Below are positions 62,379 to 64,000 of a stretch of 64,000 nucleotides of DNA, one piece after another. Made by a program: the position numbers and the translations under genes. The notes beneath the pieces were generated by a model. That model had not been told where the DNA came from. It saw nothing but the letters and a program-made list of their open reading frames with translations, and ran no database searches. Position 1 is the first letter of the stretch, and each line of letters begins with the position of its first letter. The DNA is from a virus (taxonomy: Duplodnaviria > Caudoviricetes): IMG/VR virus record IMGVR_UViG_3300027769_000026, positions 17,367-81,366 of that record; one strand, written 5' to 3'.

Positions 62379-63348
62379 TCTTTATGAGAAATTTGAATTT
62401 ACCGAAAACAATCATATCAAGTATTGGTATGACGATGACCCAGACAATATGTTCAGACAAGACGACTGGCAAACCACAGTGGGCACCGTGGGACACTGCC
62501 AACGTCCTCGATTGACCTTTCGCGGTGAACTCATACGCACGACTAAAATTATTTCTCGCAAGCACAAAGAACCAATGGCAGTTTTTTTCTCTGGTGGCTT
62601 AGACAGTGAAATTGCATTGCAAGCCTGGATGGAAAGCCGAGTACCTTTTAGACCCGTGATTGTTAGATTCAAAAATGAACTAAACATAGCAGACGTTTCT
62701 CAGGCCACGGAGTTTTGTAACACAGCAGGGCTTGACCCAATTTACATTGACTTTGATCCAGTGCGCTTTTACGAAAGCGGGGACTGGCAACGTGTGTCAA
62801 AAGAGTATCAGAGCTATACATTTTATCAGCAGGTGTTGTGCAAGATAGCTGAAGATTTTGCCAATCCAATGATTACCATAGACGAAGTAGAAATTGAAAA
62901 AACACCAGACATGGATCACTTGCTGAAAACAGGTGAACATCGCATGCATTGGGTATTCTTAAAGAAAGAAGATCAAGATGGTGTGTGGCGCAGGTTTGTT
63001 GCAAAGACTGGCATACCGGCTTATAACAACTTCTATACTTATAATCCTGAGACCATGCTTTCTTTCCTGGAAGGCTATGTTGTAAACAAACTAATAACAG
63101 ATCAGATGCCAGGTAAGCTAGGATGGACATCTAGCAAAAATGAAATTTATGGAACCTTGACCAGATATCCTTTTAAGCCAAGACCAAAACGTACTGGTGT
63201 AGAAAAGTTATTTCATATTTGGACAGATGTGGAGCATCGATGTGCGAACCTGTTATTTGCTACTGAACCCAGGATATATGAGTTTGGTGTGCAGGATTTG
63301 ATAAAAAACATGAAACAAGGCAAGGTGAGCGTATGCAAGACAATATGA
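62362..63348 (+). CDS. PP-loop (adenine nucleotide alpha-hydrolase) ATPase
   Basis: AVFFSGGLDSEI PP-loop; C-terminal SSKNEIY...RPK.TG.EK. Confidence 0.75.
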   Translation: MLSQNNLYEKFEFTENNHIKYWYDDDPDNMFRQDDWQTTVGTVGHCQRPRLTFRGELIRTTKIISRKHKEPMAVFFSGGLDSEIALQAWMESRVPFRPVIVRFKNELNIADVSQATEFCNTAGLDPIYIDFDPVRFYESGDWQRVSKEYQSYTFYQQVLCKIAEDFANPMITIDEVEIEKTPDMDHLLKTGEHRMHWVFLKKEDQDGVWRRFVAKTGIPAYNNFYTYNPETMLSFLEGYVVNKLITDQMPGKLGWTSSKNEIYGTLTRYPFKPRPKRTGVEKLFHIWTDVEHRCANLLFATEPRIYEFGVQDLIKNMKQGKVSVCKTI

Positions 63349-63914
63349 AATGGCTAGACATGTCTAGTCTGGACGAGATCCAGACATTAGCACAACAAAC
63401 TTATGCGAATCCTAAAGACACATACCCTGTTGCATTACAGCCAGACTCGCGTATGTTTGAACTGTTCCTGGTTCCAGAAAGCATAGGCGGACACGAATGG
63501 CGCAAGACGCTGGGAGTATATGACGCAGACGGAAATTTGATCATGGTGGCTGGTATTCGTCGCATGCAGTACCAACCTGTATGGTTGCTAAGTTTTGTAT
63601 TGAGCAATCAAAAGAACATGGCCATGGTTCGTACTTTTCGAGACATGATCATGGCACTGTGCGACTATCACGAAAGCATTGGCATCAACGAATGGTATGT
63701 TTCCAGCCCTGGTGGCCGAGAAGAAAGCTACCGCAAAATTATGCGATTTTTGCGCGAGAGATATATAACATGGGTAGAGACAACTATTCCGGCAGGCACA
63801 CGCAGTCCTTGGCCGGTTTACCATAGTATGCTAGGATATGCTATACACAATTTTGACGTTAATCTGCGGAGGTATGTAAAACGTAGAGAACGAATGGAGC
63901 CAGACGAAGAATGA
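63333..63914 (+). CDS. Hypothetical protein, possibly GNAT-like
   Basis: LGVYD.DG.LI..AG...P.W.L; overlaps both neighbours. Confidence 0.55.
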   Translation: MQDNMKWLDMSSLDEIQTLAQQTYANPKDTYPVALQPDSRMFELFLVPESIGGHEWRKTLGVYDADGNLIMVAGIRRMQYQPVWLLSFVLSNQKNMAMVRTFRDMIMALCDYHESIGINEWYVSSPGGREESYRKIMRFLRERYITWVETTIPAGTRSPWPVYHSMLGYAIHNFDVNLRRYVKRRERMEPDEE

Positions 63915-64000
63915 CAAAAATAAAACAGTTCATAGATGATAACATCGCAACATATAAAGCAACCAACCAGGTTCCTTATATTTTTGCTGTACTAATTCCT
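63911..64000 (+). CDS. 5' end of the next gene (runs off the window)
   Basis: ATGA overlap with the previous stop; MTKIKQFIDDNIATYKATNQVPYIFAVLIP is open to the window edge. Confidence 0.6.
   Translation, partial: MTKIKQFIDDNIATYKATNQVPYIFAVLIP

Noticed and set aside
62362-63348. QueC / 7-deazaguanine DNA modification assignment for the PP-loop protein
   Set aside because: It lacks the C-terminal Cys cluster of QueC, there are no folE/queD/queE/dpdA neighbours, and it is in a late context.
1-64000. Stop-codon reassignment, as seen in some jumbo phages
   Set aside because: Core genes are full length in code 11 and genes pack tightly using ordinary stops.
1-64000. tRNA, tmRNA or rRNA genes
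   Set aside because: No cloverleaf, T-loop (GTTCGA) context or CCA-ended candidates were recognised in the few intergenic gaps; a tRNAscan/ARAGORN run would confirm.

Overview
This is a 64-kb segment of a large T4-like (jumbo) myophage genome, read in the standard genetic code and almost fully coding. 1-13.3 kb (minus strand) holds a cluster of tail-fibre and virion-surface genes plus a subtilase. 13.4-23.1 kb (minus) holds the major capsid protein gp23, scaffold gp22, prohead protease gp21, portal gp20 and a tape-measure-like gene. 23.2-30 kb holds a gp26-like/gp51-like pair, a 580-nt structured intergenic region, a Holliday-junction resolvase, a histone-like Hc1 protein, gp46/gp47, MazG and the late sigma factor gp55. 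30.1-55.3 kb (plus) holds the baseplate module (gp48-, gp53- and gp27-like, gp5-lysozyme, gp25, gp6, a 3407-aa wedge protein), interrupted by a 3-kb ligase/HNH island. 55.3-64 kb holds a run of modification enzymes: four GT-A-like proteins, a methyltransferase, an SDR, a 2OG-Fe hydroxylase, GNAT-like proteins and a PP-loop ATPase. Four signals stand out. (1) An in-frame T_TTT_TTC slippery site followed by a perfect 8-bp hairpin would fuse the gp26-like and gp51-like ORFs by a -1 frameshift, like lambda G/GT. (2) A heavily base-paired candidate large ncRNA with a possible pseudoknot begins directly after the resolvase stop codon. (3) A (GGY)n/Cys virion protein sits immediately upstream of the late-expressed modification enzymes, suggesting a virion-tailoring system. 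(4) Several key genes appear to have leaderless transcripts. All family assignments come from motif recognition by eye; no database searches were run.
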